A stretch of DNA of 63,447 nt, filler included, from Octopus bimaculoides (GCF_001194135.2; 7 parts of 7 records of this genome joined end to end with filler, not necessarily neighbours in it), one strand, 5' to 3'; shown: positions 49,931-62,159, numbered from the whole stretch's first letter. Notes: generated from the letters alone by a model not told the origin. Program-made: numbers and translations.

Positions 49931-51208
49931 TTGTGTTGGCAACTAAGTTCCCGCCGCTTTTAAATTTTTGGAATTTATTGTGTTTTTAAATTTTGGAATC
50001 TATTTTCTCCGAGAATTCTATTTTTGAATCATTTTGGAATCTATTTTGTTTTTCTTTTCTAATTAATTCTAGTTAATTTTTGTTTATTTTCAGATCATTA
50101 AAATGGAATGTCGATTTAAGAAAAACGAGCATTTTCGACACCTTTTTGCTTTTAATCAAGGTTCTAATGCTGCAAAAACTGCTCGCGACATTTGTACTGT
50201 GTATGGAGAGAGGGTGCCATAGCTGAAAGAACCGGTCGTGATTGATATGCCAAGTTCAAAAATGGAAATTTTGACCTTTTAGACGCACCGCGTTCTGGCC
50301 GTCCAGTTGAGTTCGATGAAGAGCGATTAAACTAACTCTTGCACGAAATTTCTCGTGAAACGACAAGGAAAGTGGCAGAGAAAATGGAATGCTCCCACAC
50401 TGCTATAGAGAAGCATCTACACTCGGGATAGGTTCAGAAGTATGGAGTATGGGTTCCGCATGCTTTAAGTGACAACAACAAAAATCAACGAGCCACAATC
50501 TCCGCTGGTTTGCTTGTTCGTCACCGCTCAACTCATGGACGCAAGCAACGATTTCTTTACCAAATCGTTACTGGCGACGAAAAATGGTGCCTGTACATCA
50601 GTATGAAGCAGCGTAAGGAATGGCTTAGCCCCGGTAAACAAGCGACACCGCGCGTGAAGCAAGATCTTCATCCGCGTTAAACGATGTTTTACGTATGGTG
50701 GGACTGGGAAGGGATTATCCATTACGAATTACTTGAACGGACCCAAACGGTCAACGCGGAACTCTTTGTTCAAAAGATGGAGCGACTCAACACGGTTATT
50801 CAAGAGAAAAGACCTAATCGGTTGCATGGAGTTCTTCTGCTGCACGACAACGCCCGCCCTCATATCACCAATATGACCAAGGAAGCCATTCAAACGCATG
50901 GCTGGGAAGTGCTGCCACACCCACCATACTCTCCTAATTTGGCACCAACGGATTTGCACCTCTTTCAAATGCTATGCGCGGAGGATCGTTCTATACTGAT
51001 GCAGAATTGAGAGCTTGGTTGGATCAATTTTTCGAGTCGAAATCGGGTGATTCCTACCAACGAGGTATTGAAAATCTTGTTGAGCGTTTGGAAGAAGTTG
51101 TAAACAACGAGGGTGAATACATTATTGATTAATTAGTTGTTATTTTTTATTAAACCTTTTAAAACATTTATATTTAAAAAAACCGCGGGAACTTAGTTGC
51201 CAACCTAA
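49931..51208 (+). mobile_element. Full-length mariner (DD34D), 1278 bp, transposase pseudogenised
   Basis: TIRs TTGTGTTGGCAACTAAGTTCCCGCCGCTTTT / AAAACCGCGGGAACTTAGTTGCCAACCTAA with TA TSDs at 49929-49930 and 51209-51210; WVPHAL, VTGDEKW, LLHDNARPH-(34)-D in HPPYSPNLAPTD; stops and frameshifts present. Confidence 0.95.
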
Positions 51209-52680
51209 TATCAGCATACAGAATGACCAAGAAACATAAATGTTGATTGCGCAGATCATGAGTTTGTAATTTTATACCTGCCTGTTCATGTCTAGAACCT
51301 TGACTTTCTAACAGCCTATTCCATATATCTATCTACTGGTAAATGAGTAAAATACAGTCAAAGTGCGTCCAGTTCGCTTCAGATGTTTAATTGCGTCGAG
51401 CCAGAGAAAGCCAATGATAGCGACTTTCCCGGATTTCTTGGAAAATACACCAATTATGTTGTTTAGCCTGTTCCGGCTATGATTATTCTTTGCCTTTACT
51501 TTTGTGGCTGGCGTGTCAAAGTCGATTAAACGTTGAATATATCATGTACAAAGAAGCCATCATACTCTACCACCTCACAAAACAAGTAGAAGAATATCAT
51601 TCATACGCTTAAATTCCTTTTTTTATTCATTAAATATTTAAATGAGCCCTTCACACAAACGCCATATCTTAAGTGTTATTAAGTCATCTTTGATCAGTCA
51701 ACCATTAGAGTTCAGAGTCTTCTGTATTCTTTTTTTTTCTTTCCCTCCTCTTTATTTCATATAAGTTACATCATTGATTTCACACGAAAGAAAAAGAAGT
51801 TCAGTTTTCAAAAACAATATGTTGCATGTAAAGAGAAACAATTTAATTACTCTATTTGTAATTTCATTTTTCTATTTATTTTTTAAAATTACTTTTTGTG
51901 AGAAAAAAAAAAAATACTTGTTTTCTTTAATAGTAATTTCTTGATTGACGAATATCGATTCATATTCGAACTAGTCATTGTGTTGTTGTTGTTGTTGGTA
52001 CTCGTCTCTATCTTTTTCGTGTTTCTCCTTTTGTGTTCATTTTTCCTTTTTCTCTTTTTTAAGACGCTGACGTCTAAAAGGAAAAGATATGTTCATGTGA
52101 AAATTTGCTTTGAGACTGTTTTTTTATAGATATTTTTTGTTCCTTTATCGTTGTGTGTTATTCTTCTCTTTTGTTTTTTTCTGTATTTGTGATTACGTTT
52201 CCTTTCCTTTTGTTTTTCATTGCTTTGGAGTTTCTTCCTCTTTCGTATTTTTTTTTGCGATTAAATTGATATAACTTAGTCGTTATTTAATTTGCTTCTC
52301 CACAATACTTTCGCTGGCATCGGTACATATTGTTCATTAAATGCGTATAAAGTCAGACAGTTGAACGAATTATAAAGAAGCTGCAACAAATACAAAATAA
52401 AATTAAAGATTATTTCTGCAAAAAAAAAAAAAGCAATAAAACACAGACAAAACTATCTATCGTTCAGAATTTGTCGATTATATTTAAAAGGGCAAGTGGA
52501 AAATTATTGAAAGCAATAGATTAAAACTAATTGACAGTCGCGCTATATTTCATTGTTCGAGCTCTTTAATAACTGCGACATGGGGAACGAACACAAGAAA
52601 TGATAGGAAGCTATCTTCATAACGTTTTGCTCGATATTTTTATATTAAAAAAAAAAGAATATAACATAAAATATAATATA

Positions 52681-52755
52681 GGTTTCAAATTTTGGCACAA
52701 GGCCAGCAATTTCGGGGTCAGGGATAAGTTGATTATATCGACCCCGGTGCTCAAT
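52681..52755 (-). mobile_element. SINE family A 3' tail, cut by a gap
   Basis: GGTTTCAAATTTTGGCACAAGGCCAGCAATTTCGGGG..GATTATATCGACCCC. Confidence 0.85.
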
Positions 52756-53648
52756 NNNNNNNNNNNNNNNNNNNNNNNNNNNNNNNNNNNNNNNNNNNNN
52801 NNNNNNNNNNNNNNNNNNNNNNNNNNNNNNNNNNNNNNNNNNNNNNNNNNNNNNNNNNNNNNNNNNNNNNNNNNNNNNNNNNNNNNNNNNNNNNNNNNNN
52901 NNNNNNNNNNNNNNNNNNNNNNNNNNNNNNNNNNNNNNNNNNNNNNNNNNNNNNNNNNNNNNNNNNNNNNNNNNNNNNNNNNNNNNNNNNNNNNNNNNNN
53001 NNNNNNNNNNNNNNNNNNNNNNNNNNNNNNNNNNNNNNNNNNNNNNNNNNNNNNNNNNNNNNNNNNNNNNNNNNNNNNNNNNNNNNNNNNNNNNNNNNNN
53101 NNNNNNNNNNNNNNNNNNNNNNNNNNNNNNNNNNNNNNNNNNNNNNNNNNNNNNNNNNNNNNNNNNNNNNNNNNNNNNNNNNNNNNNNNNNNNNNNNNNN
53201 NNNNNNNNNNNNNNNNNNNNNNNNNNNNNNNNNNNNNNNNNNNNNNNNNNNNNNNNNNNNNNNNNNNNNNNNNNNNNNNNNNNNNNNNNNNNNNNNNNNN
53301 NNNNNNNNNNNNNNNNNNNNNNNNNNNNNNNNNNNNNNNNNNNNNNNNNNNNNNNNNNNNNNNNNNNNNNNNNNNNNNNNNNNNNNNNNNNNNNNNNNNN
53401 NNNNNNNNNNNNNNNNNNNNNNNNNNNNNNNNNNNNNNNNNNNNNNNNNNNNNNNNNNNNNNNNNNNNNNNNNNNNNNNNNNNNNNNNNNNNNNNNNNNN
53501 NNNNNNNNNNNNNNNNNNNNNNNNNNNNNNNNNNNNNNNNNNNNNNNNNNNNNNNNNNNNNNNNNNNNNNNNNNNNNNNNNNNNNNNNNNNNNNNNNNNN
53601 NNNNNNNNNNNNNNNNNNNNNNNNNNNNNNNNNNNNNNNNNNNNNNNA

Positions 53649-53709
<61 letters not shown>

Positions 53710-53715
<6 letters not shown>

Positions 53716-53920
53716 CTGTGTCTGTGTATGTCCCGTCACCATCGCTTGACGACCGGTGTTGGTATGTTTACTTTCCGTAACATGGCGGTTCGGCAAAAGT
53801 CACCGATAGAATAAGTACTATGCTTATAAAGAATAAGTAATTGAGTCGATTTGTTTGACAAAGGCGGTGCTACAGCATGGCCGCAGTTAGATGACTGAGA
53901 CAAGTAGAAAAATAAAAGAG
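53710..53920 (+). mobile_element. SINE family B, 3' half
   Basis: CCATCGCTTGAC.ACCGGTGTTGGT..GGCGGTTCGGCAAAA..GATAGAATAAGTACT..AAAGGCGGTGCT.CAGCATGGCCGCAG. Confidence 0.85.
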
Positions 53921-55133
53921 TGTGTGTTTGTGTGCGTGCGCGTGAACACAAATTAAAGTGGCCTATAAGAAATCAAACAAGACGGTGAACTGAAAGCAAT
54001 TATTGAAGTCAGTGAAAACTGGCATCTAGGCTATGGTATTAGCTTAAGGTGAAATTCTAGAGTCAACAATTGATTGTAAACACAAATGATTTTCTCGAAA
54101 TATCAAACAAGTAAATAACCAGCAATATATTCTGAAACATAGAACAAATAGTAACGTTTACTGATATTAAGTCAATCATACATTTGTTTCTTCGTTATAT
54201 CTCGAAAACTGTAGAAAGTATTTGGGAAAAAGAAAGGAAAAAAATTATTTCATAAAAATATATATTTCTTCGAGGTTTTATTTAAGTAGCTGCATGTTAT
54301 TATATAGTTTGCTAAGGGAGTGTGTGTGTGAGCGCGTGTATGTCTGTATGTATGTATGTATGTATGTATGTATGTATGCATGTGTGAACATATAGTAGAA
54401 AGAAATGTCAAACAACTGCTACCGTAACTTGTTGTTTGCTTGTTCATTCTTTGTTACTAACAATGCCAAGCCCATATGTTACTAACAATGCGAAGTGCTG
54501 AATATATATCATAGTGGTGAAAAGGTGTATTCGGTAAAACCCAGCACTCGGAAAGTGCTTATTATATCATCACTGGAAGAGTGAAAAGCGAAGTGAGTAT
54601 AGGTCTGAAATCAGAATATTAAAGGATAAATCGCAATATTGCAATGAGTTTCGTTCGTCGGAGTATTGCTTCAATCAGCCCACAAACTTTGCATGCACAT
54701 TAATTTTAAGGGTATCTCATAGATTCATCATATTGCTAGTGTAGAATCTAATTATATAGCCAGACACCTCTTCAAACTTCGTTTTCATATAATCAAAGTG
54801 AAGCAAATCGATATGGTTTATTTAATACGATCATAAACAATACACGGGGACCCGATTCCCAACAGTGTTGCAAACAAATGAAACAGTTCAGCATGTTTGG
54901 TCAAAACCGGCCCATTTTTTAATTTGATGTTTTGGAATTGTTCCAGTGACAGAGAATAACATTTCACTCTTCAATTGACATTGTCAATGAAATTTAATTA
55001 ATGTTTCTTTTCCTATAATTAACTATGAATTTTTGACACATAAGAAAAACCACATATGTATGTATGTGTGTGTATTTGTACAAACATACACACAGACACT
55101 TAAACGCACATACATGTATATATATAAATATAT

Positions 55134-55926
55134 ACTAGCTGACATACGCGATAATTCCGGGGAAAGCGGGGCTTATCCCTTAGGTCCATTCTCACAATTG
55201 TTTCGCTAATCCAATAACAACAGTACAAGGTATGTAGCCCTTAAAACGGCTTTTCTGCATTTACAGAGAAAGAATACCGAACTGTCTTACACACGATCTT
55301 GCTTTTAGGAATTCCCAATAAATTATGACCACCCAAATTGTGAAGTCAGTTATGTAATAACATGAAATTAGTTACCCGATAGAAATAATTCAAATAAAGT
55401 AGTCCCGGAAAGGGTTTTAATGCGTTCCCAGTGTATATAGAACATAGGAGGACATACTAATAAGGTATGTATACTAAAATCGTGAAGCATGTTATGTAAT
55501 AACAGACTAATCAGATATAAGATATTAGCAATTCAAAGGAAATAACTCTGAAAAGGGCTTTTGTGCGTTCCCAGAGAATATTACCTTCAGGGACGCTAAT
55601 ATTGGCATATTTGTGAATAAGTCACTAACCGAAATAAATGAATCTATTGATTAGGAAAATACTATTTACTTGATTACGGCTTGTACTGGATAAATTGCGA
55701 AAATAACTCTAGTGGTTCAAATACTAAGAAATAATTTCATTTTTACCAAATAATTTAGGAAAATGAATGGGTTATTTCCCTTGGATATTTATAAGGATCC
55801 CTTCCATGATTCCTATTATCGATTTTTTCAACAATCTGTGTATGCCATGACGTTTCCAGATATGAGTTCTATTCACGTGTCAAGTTTCATCACACCACAG
55901 ACAGAATTTCCCACACATATATAAGG
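55134..55926 (+). mobile_element. Helentron/DINE-like non-autonomous element with ~142-bp central tandem repeats
   Basis: Starts ACTAGCTG..CGCG; internal repeat GTTATGTAATAACA (55349, 55491) and AAGGG.TTT..TGCGTTCCCAG; 3' GTGTCAAGTTTCATCA then ACAGACAG and ATATATAAG. Confidence 0.55.
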
Positions 55927-57051
55927 ATTTACTTTTCGTAATGAGATAAAAAAACCAAGGCTATGTATAATATAGAACATTTATAAATAGAAGGTCTTAC
56001 AGCTGTTTCCAGGATATTTATTATATCCCTTCATCGGAGACGGTGGGAGAGGATGGTTAAACAATAGTTAGTTTAGATAAGATAAGAAATAGATAGTGAA
56101 TGTAGGGAATATTGTATTTGTAAATCCATTGTTTAGGCAGAATGGTATACATATAAGATTCCAAAAAGCTTGTGAGTAAAATCCGATGGTTTTTAAGATT
56201 GGTCATTGCATTTTTAAATCCATTTTTAAGATTCCAATACCCTATGAGTAAAATCCAACAGTCTTTGAGATTGGTCATTCCCAGCACGGAGTTTATACAC
56301 AGTGTTATTGAATCAATGGTTCTGTTTAAAGTGACCTAAAAGCAGGAGATGTATTAGTAGGGTGAAATCGAAAACAGGAAGAGAGGAATAAAGGAAGAGA
56401 AAAAAACGGAAGAGAAAAAAAGTGTGGGGGGAGAAATAGAAGTAAAAGGAAGAAGAAATTAATAAAAGGAATAAAGAAAAGAAAGGAAAAAGGAATACAA
56501 ATATAGAGTTATGGGAAAGTGTACCAGAATGGTCAGTGAATAAAATAAGAAGGTAGGGACGGGAGGCTAAGGGTGAAAGTGAGAGAAAGCTATTAGAGTG
56601 TAGAAAGATAGAAGGAATGGGGGGGGGGGTATATATAGAGAGAGATATAAAGCTTTAAGGAGTAGAATAAAACATGTGTACATATGTATGCAGTAGACAT
56701 GTATATATATTTTATTATTTATACAGATGTTTATACATATCGATATCTACACATATAACTCGTATTCATATGTATATGGATATGTGCACACCCACATATA
56801 CGTGTATCTGTATGTCTTATCGCCCCTGTACACGCATGTATATATACCTTGTATACATACATACGATCACACATACGCACGTACATACATACGCGCATAC
56901 ACACACACACATACATGTACACGCACATATGTATGGATGCACACATACGCGAATATAATTAGATGGTTGTGAAATTCGAGTATGAGTATGAGTGAGGGAT
57001 TAGATAGGGGTTTGAAGTTAAAATATAGATTAATAAGGTCATAGGGATTAC

Positions 57052-57969
57052 CTAAGGGGTATTGTGGAAATGTAATGTATGGTCATTTTGGCATTTGAAT
57101 TTGTGGTAGAATTTGAATGTGTGAAAAATGCGGTGATTGCATGTGTTTAGTGCCGCATTATGTTTATTTAGCAGAGCTGGAGAGTTGTGCTTTAATATGT
57201 CAAGTACCTCCTTCAGGCAAAGTTTGCAGGTTGAGTGTTGACCTCGGTAGGGTGGCCCTGAGTCCAGTATTGACCATGATAGAGTATAGGATATATTTGC
57301 ATTTTTGAGATGATGTATGTGGTTGGCGAGTGTTGTAGATTTACTATGTTTATTGTATCTAAAAGAGTGGAGGTGAGCGGCATATCGTTGCTTAAAACTT
57401 TCGGTTGATCCTATGTATATGACTGTAGAGTTGTGTAATAGATTAAGAACAGTGCATTTGTAAATTACATTATATCTTCTGCAATGGGTTTGTAACGGGC
57501 AGGTGGTTCCAGGACGACGATTATAAGTAGGTGAGTTTTGGGTACTGTCCTCAGTAATAGAGGAGGCAGTATCGTCAGAGGCGAGGTTATAGAAGTGGGT
57601 AGAAAATTCTATGGTATTAGTATTATAAATATTATCATTACCAACGTTGTTATTATTACTATTGTTTCTATTAATTGCACTATTTGTAGGGGTGGTAGAG
57701 ATTGTATTGGTGTTCTTGACAGTGTCAGTATGATGGTTTGGATTGTGGTTGTGGTCTGATATAAGGGTGTGTGTGCTGGAGTTGTGCGTGTGTTGAGTGT
57801 TCGCATGACTAGAGTTGTAGTGATGTGAGTTTTGATAGTAAAGAGATAGCTTTTGCTTATTAGAGACTGCTACAATAGATTCGAAGTTGGGTGAGGTAGA
57901 ATAAGATAGTTTCAGGGTGGATCGATTAAAGATAGACATATATATATATATAGACATATATATAGACAT
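57052..57969 (-). CDS. Penelope-like element GIY-YIG endonuclease (Naiad-like), open frame without RT, 305 aa
   Basis: IFNRSTLKLSYSTSPN (post-RT PLE linker); CPLQTHC; VIY(168-170)..YIG(185-187); KQRYAAH (R195, H199); STTLANHI; CKLCLKE (E254); LLN (N268); CNH. No stop over 918 bp. Confidence 0.85.
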   Translation of the reverse strand: MSIYMSIYIYMSIFNRSTLKLSYSTSPNFESIVAVSNKQKLSLYYQNSHHYNSSHANTQHTHNSSTHTLISDHNHNPNHHTDTVKNTNTISTTPTNSAINRNNSNNNNVGNDNIYNTNTIEFSTHFYNLASDDTASSITEDSTQNSPTYNRRPGTTCPLQTHCRRYNVIYKCTVLNLLHNSTVIYIGSTESFKQRYAAHLHSFRYNKHSKSTTLANHIHHLKNANISYTLSWSILDSGPPYRGQHSTCKLCLKEVLDILKHNSPALLNKHNAALNTCNHRIFHTFKFYHKFKCQNDHTLHFHNTP

Positions 57970-58078
57970 ATATATATANNNNNNNNNNNNNNNNNNNNNN
58001 NNNNNNNNNNNNNNNNNNNNNNTTAATTAATTAANNNNNNNNNNNNNNNNNNNNNNNNNNNNNNNNNNNNNNNNNNNN

Positions 58079-58320
58079 TACGTTCTGAGTTCAAATTCCG
58101 CCGAGGTCGACTTTGCATTTCTTCCTTTTGGCGTCGATGAAATAAGTACCAGTTGTGCAATGGCCTCAATGTAAATAGACTTAATCGTCACCCGAAATTG
58201 CTGGCCTTGTGCCAAAATTTGAAACTGACATTTCAGTTTTATTTAGGCCAGCGAGCTGGAAGGTTCGTTAGAACGACGGGCAAAATGTTTCTCGGCATTT
58301 CGGCTGTCATTAAATTTGAA
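58079..58320 (+). mobile_element. SINE family A plus the head of a second tandem copy
   Basis: ACGTTCTGAGTTCAAATTCCGCCGAGGTCGACTTTGC..GGCCTTGTGCCAAAATTTGAAAC, then GCGAGCTGG..TCGTTAGAACG. Confidence 0.85.
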
Positions 58321-58334
58321 ACAAATATTACATA

Positions 58335-58471
58335 CTCTAAAGCACGAAAATCTTTTTTTTTCTCTCCTGAAAACGCACTGCTGAAGTGGGGATGCGTTTA
58401 ATGCGCCCGTGCCTCTAGTGCACTCGTGCGTCTAATATGCCCGTGCGTCTTTTGCACCATCAAATACTGTA
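58335..58471 (+). mobile_element. Right end of a pogo/Tigger-like MITE
   Basis: Subterminal CCCGTGCGTCT-like repeats ending ..CAAATACTG-TA; left TIR not found. Confidence 0.5.
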
Positions 58472-58519
58472 TGTAGATTCACTGGACAAGATTTTTACGA
58501 CCAACACCTTTTGCTAATT

Positions 58520-59010
58520 GTTTAGTTCGTGTAGACTTGATTTATGACGAATTATTGTGTAAAAAGCGAGAGTATTAATGGAGGTGTGCACCCACCTATA
58601 AAAAGAACCAAGGAAATTTTCAAGGGTGAATTTATAACTTTTGAAGTTGTCCTGTGTTTTATAAATGCTTCAGCTCTTATGACATCAATCCTGTTTTTCT
58701 ATTTCAACTCTTTATTCATATATTTTCGTTTATAGATTCCCAAAGTCTTCATTACTGTCAAGATTCTATGTATCTCTTCTTGCTCAAATCCTTCATGGAC
58801 GTCTTATGTTATATTTATGGAGCGAGGATTGAAGAAAATTTCCTGACTTGAAGATCTCACTTCACGCTTTCACTACGGAAATTCCTTCCCGCTACAATGT
58901 TGTTGCACACATTAACTGCTTTATATTCATTGGTGTTTCTGATTTGCAATTTGAAGTCATCCAAACACACGGAATCACTTAACAGCTTTATTTATCAGTA
59001 GGGAATGATT
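58520..59010 (-). mobile_element. Heavily decayed mariner fragment
   Basis: Minus strand FKSGNF..RRP and MKTLG..ELK resemble the mariner HTH-to-WVPHEL region; many stops. Confidence 0.35.
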
Positions 59011-59317
59011 CCTGCATGTGATCCATAAGTAGATTTTCCCGAAAGTTTGATATTGATTGAAAAACAATTTATAAATACCAACATACTTCAAAACCTTACG
59101 TTGAAGAATATTATCAAAAGATATAATAAATCCGCTTCGTACTCTAAGTTAAATTTCAGAAATGTTTAATCTCATTATCAAGTAGAAGCTTACATTGTCT
59201 TTTGTAAAGTAAACCTTTAAAATCCAAAATAACTGGCGATGATCTGTGTTGAAACTGTAAGAGTGAATTCAAGCTCACAACAAAAAATTCACTGCAACAC
59301 TATTTTTTTCTTCAACA

Positions 59318-59580
59318 GGACTTGCTCTATTTGACATTATTCCAGAACAAGTAAAAGTGGAAAAAAGCTCTGTCACCTGCAAGCGAAACCTGGACAAACT
59401 TCTTCAAGGGATACCAGGCAAGCCAGTAATACCTGGATAAATCGCAGCCAACAACTCTCTACTTGAATCGGCCATGAAACAACAAAACTTAACTTAAAAA
59501 GGATTCAACAAATCCTATCAGGTGGTGCTATTAAGTTAAACATGGCCTGGGCCAATCTTTGGCCAAAACATATCTAGGCT
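59318..59580 (+). mobile_element. CR1-type LINE 3' end
   Basis: GLALFDIIPEQVK..CKRNLDKLLQGIPGKPVIPG*IAANNSLLE matches the CR1 C-terminal pattern FKxxLDxFLxxIPDxP; followed by a 3' UTR. Confidence 0.75.
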
Positions 59581-59689
59581 AAGATATCATAAAGCTTTCT
59601 GAGTGTCAATGAGTTTGGATGTTGTGGGAATGGAGATTGACGTTTCGGGCTAAAGTCTTTAACGGGGAGGGACTTTGTCGGAGATATCA

Positions 59690-59844
59690 GTGCATAGGAT
59701 GTGTTCCGCACACATCCTATGTAAAACACTTTCAATAGAGTGAAAATAAGAGCACCACAACAAACCACAACACATACCCAAGGTACACAGAGCTGCGCTC
59801 GGTAGTGCAGTGAGAGCACGTGATTAAAATAATGCCGAATAATG

Positions 59845-59926
<82 letters not shown>

Positions 59927-60212
59927 TGACAATAATAATAATAATAATGCTAATAATAATAATAAAAAAATTAAAAAAATATTCAGACAAATACATAACA
60001 AAAATACCAGGACTTACAAATATATATAACATACAGAAAATTGCACTACTGGGTACTGCACACATTCTACGCAAAACAATTTCAATACAGTAAACATAAG
60101 AGCACCACAGCAAACCACAGCACATACCCAAGGCGCACAGAGCTGCGCTCGGTAGTGAAGTGAAAGCACGTTATAAAAATAAAACTACTGAACAATAATA
60201 ATAATAATAATG

Positions 60213-60285
<73 letters not shown>

Positions 60286-60290
60286 CAATA
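59690..60290 (+). mobile_element. Two tandem R4/Dong-like 3' ends, each followed by (AAT)n
   Basis: Copy 1 59690-59837, copy 2 59964-60191 (IQKIALLGTAHILRKTISIQ*); shared UTR AGAGCACCACA.CAAACCACA.CACATACCCAAGG..CACAGAGCTGCGCTCGGTAGTG. Confidence 0.85.
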
Positions 60291-60359
<69 letters not shown>

Positions 60360-61407
60360 TTGATAAATAAATAAATAAAAACGCTGCAACAAAAAATACC
60401 TTAGACTCAGCGTTCTTGATACGAGTGTCAACAGCGAAAGTATGATGTGCACCATCGTAAATCGTGACGTTAAGTGAGAGAAAAGAAAAAATGATAAGAC
60501 ATTAGCTATAAGGAGTTACCATTATCGTCTGCCTAACCTCACTAGCAACTCAGTAATGGCCGCGTAAAATATGGAAAAGTTTTCCGTTGTGGCCTGTATA
60601 TTCACACATACACAGACACAAGCACGTGAATACAGGCGAGAATACGCACAGAATATTCCATAACCATAGAGCAAAGGAGTCCAAAACTTACACACCAAAG
60701 GTCTGCCATACTTAGCAAATTTCCTGTCCAAAACAACTAGCTAGAAAGCATCACATAAGAATTGATTTATATATCAAGTTGACAAAAGACATTAACTACT
60801 TCGATAAGATGACTGAATTGTATTTAAGGAAGTGGAAAATATGTGAAAAAGTGTTCGGAATGAAAAACAAAAAAAATGTGAGAGTAATTCTAAAGCAACA
60901 AGCAGATAAAAGTTGCCAAAGGCCTATAAAATCTGGCCAACCACACATTACCAATAGAATAGAATGAAACTGTGTCGGTGACCAGGTCAATCATGCACGA
61001 CGGAATCTTTTCACAATTATAGAATATTATCCTATAACAAAGCAAAACAAAAGTAAATGTATAGGTACATATATTACACATATATGTATGTGTGTGTGTG
61101 TACTTGTGTAGTATATATCTAATACACACACACACAACACAGTACACACACACACATAAACATGTAAACTATACGAGCACGTAATATGTGTTGTACATAG
61201 ATGAATAAATGTATAATATTCATATAGGATATATTGTATATCTATATATACATTATACACATAAGCATACATAAGCATGTATATGTATGTAAATATGAAT
61301 ATATATANNNNNNNNNNNNNNNNNNNNNNNNNNNNNNNNNNNNNNNNNNNNTTAATTAATTAANNNNNNNNNNNNNNNNNNNNNNNNNNNNNNNNNNNNN
61401 NNNNNNN

Positions 61408-61550
61408 GTTTTCTCGTCTACGTTTTTTTGCAATGTCCTGTACCCAGATATGCACCTATACATACAGGTGGATGTCGGTATGCACATACCTGTACGTATA
61501 TATGCATATACTCATTTACTATTTGTTTTTACATGATTGAACGCAGCGTC
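61408..61550 (+). mobile_element. Interspersed repeat related to 7225-7495
   Basis: Direct similarity over ~110 bp. Confidence 0.7.
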
Positions 61551-61693
61551 TCCAACTGTAAGTAGTTTTCGTAAACTTATATCTTCCGACGCTACTCTAT
61601 CTCTTTCTCTTTCTCTTCATCTATCCTTTTTTTTCCCTCTCGTTCTTCCTCTTTACTACTACGTATCTCGCTTTACCCCTCTCNNNNNNNNNN

Positions 61694-61815
61694 CGCTGAA
61701 TCTCCCCGAGAGCTACGTTAAGGGTACACGTGTCTGTGGAGTGATCAATTTCACGAGCAGGCTGTTCCGTTGATCGAATCAGCTGGAACCCTCGTCGTCG
61801 TAACCGACGGAGTAC
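61694..61815 (+). mobile_element. SINE family C 3' part
   Basis: Matches 37515-37655. Confidence 0.85.
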
Positions 61816-62159
61816 CATGATATATATTCATATATTAAGGAGATGTACTTGCATAGCAAGTGACTTGATCGGAGATCGTGTGCTGAAACAAAGACAATTG
61901 CAGCGTGGAAGGTGTTTATAAGCCATTTGAAAACGCACACACACACAAAAACTGTTAGATTCATTTCATCATTTAAATTTTATTTCTAATCAAATTATTT
62001 TCGTCGCTTTGAAATCGGACCCGTTCACTGACAGCACGAAATTTTGTTAGTGGAACAGGTCGCTGTTTCAAAGCGACGAAAATATCTTGACACAAATAAC
62101 ATTTAAATGTTGAAGTGAATCTAACGGTTTGTGTGTGTGTGTGGGGGGGGGGGGGGGGG

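Noticed and set aside
59233-59670. Two more hammerhead relics (plus CTGGCGA..GAAACTGTA at 59233; minus CCCGAAACGTC at 59632-59670)
   Set aside because: The CUGANGA core is mutated in both, so they are counted only as relics in the synthesis and not called as features.
60779-60967. 62-aa lysine-rich ORF in unique-looking DNA
   Set aside because: No motif or splice support; its length is within chance expectation.
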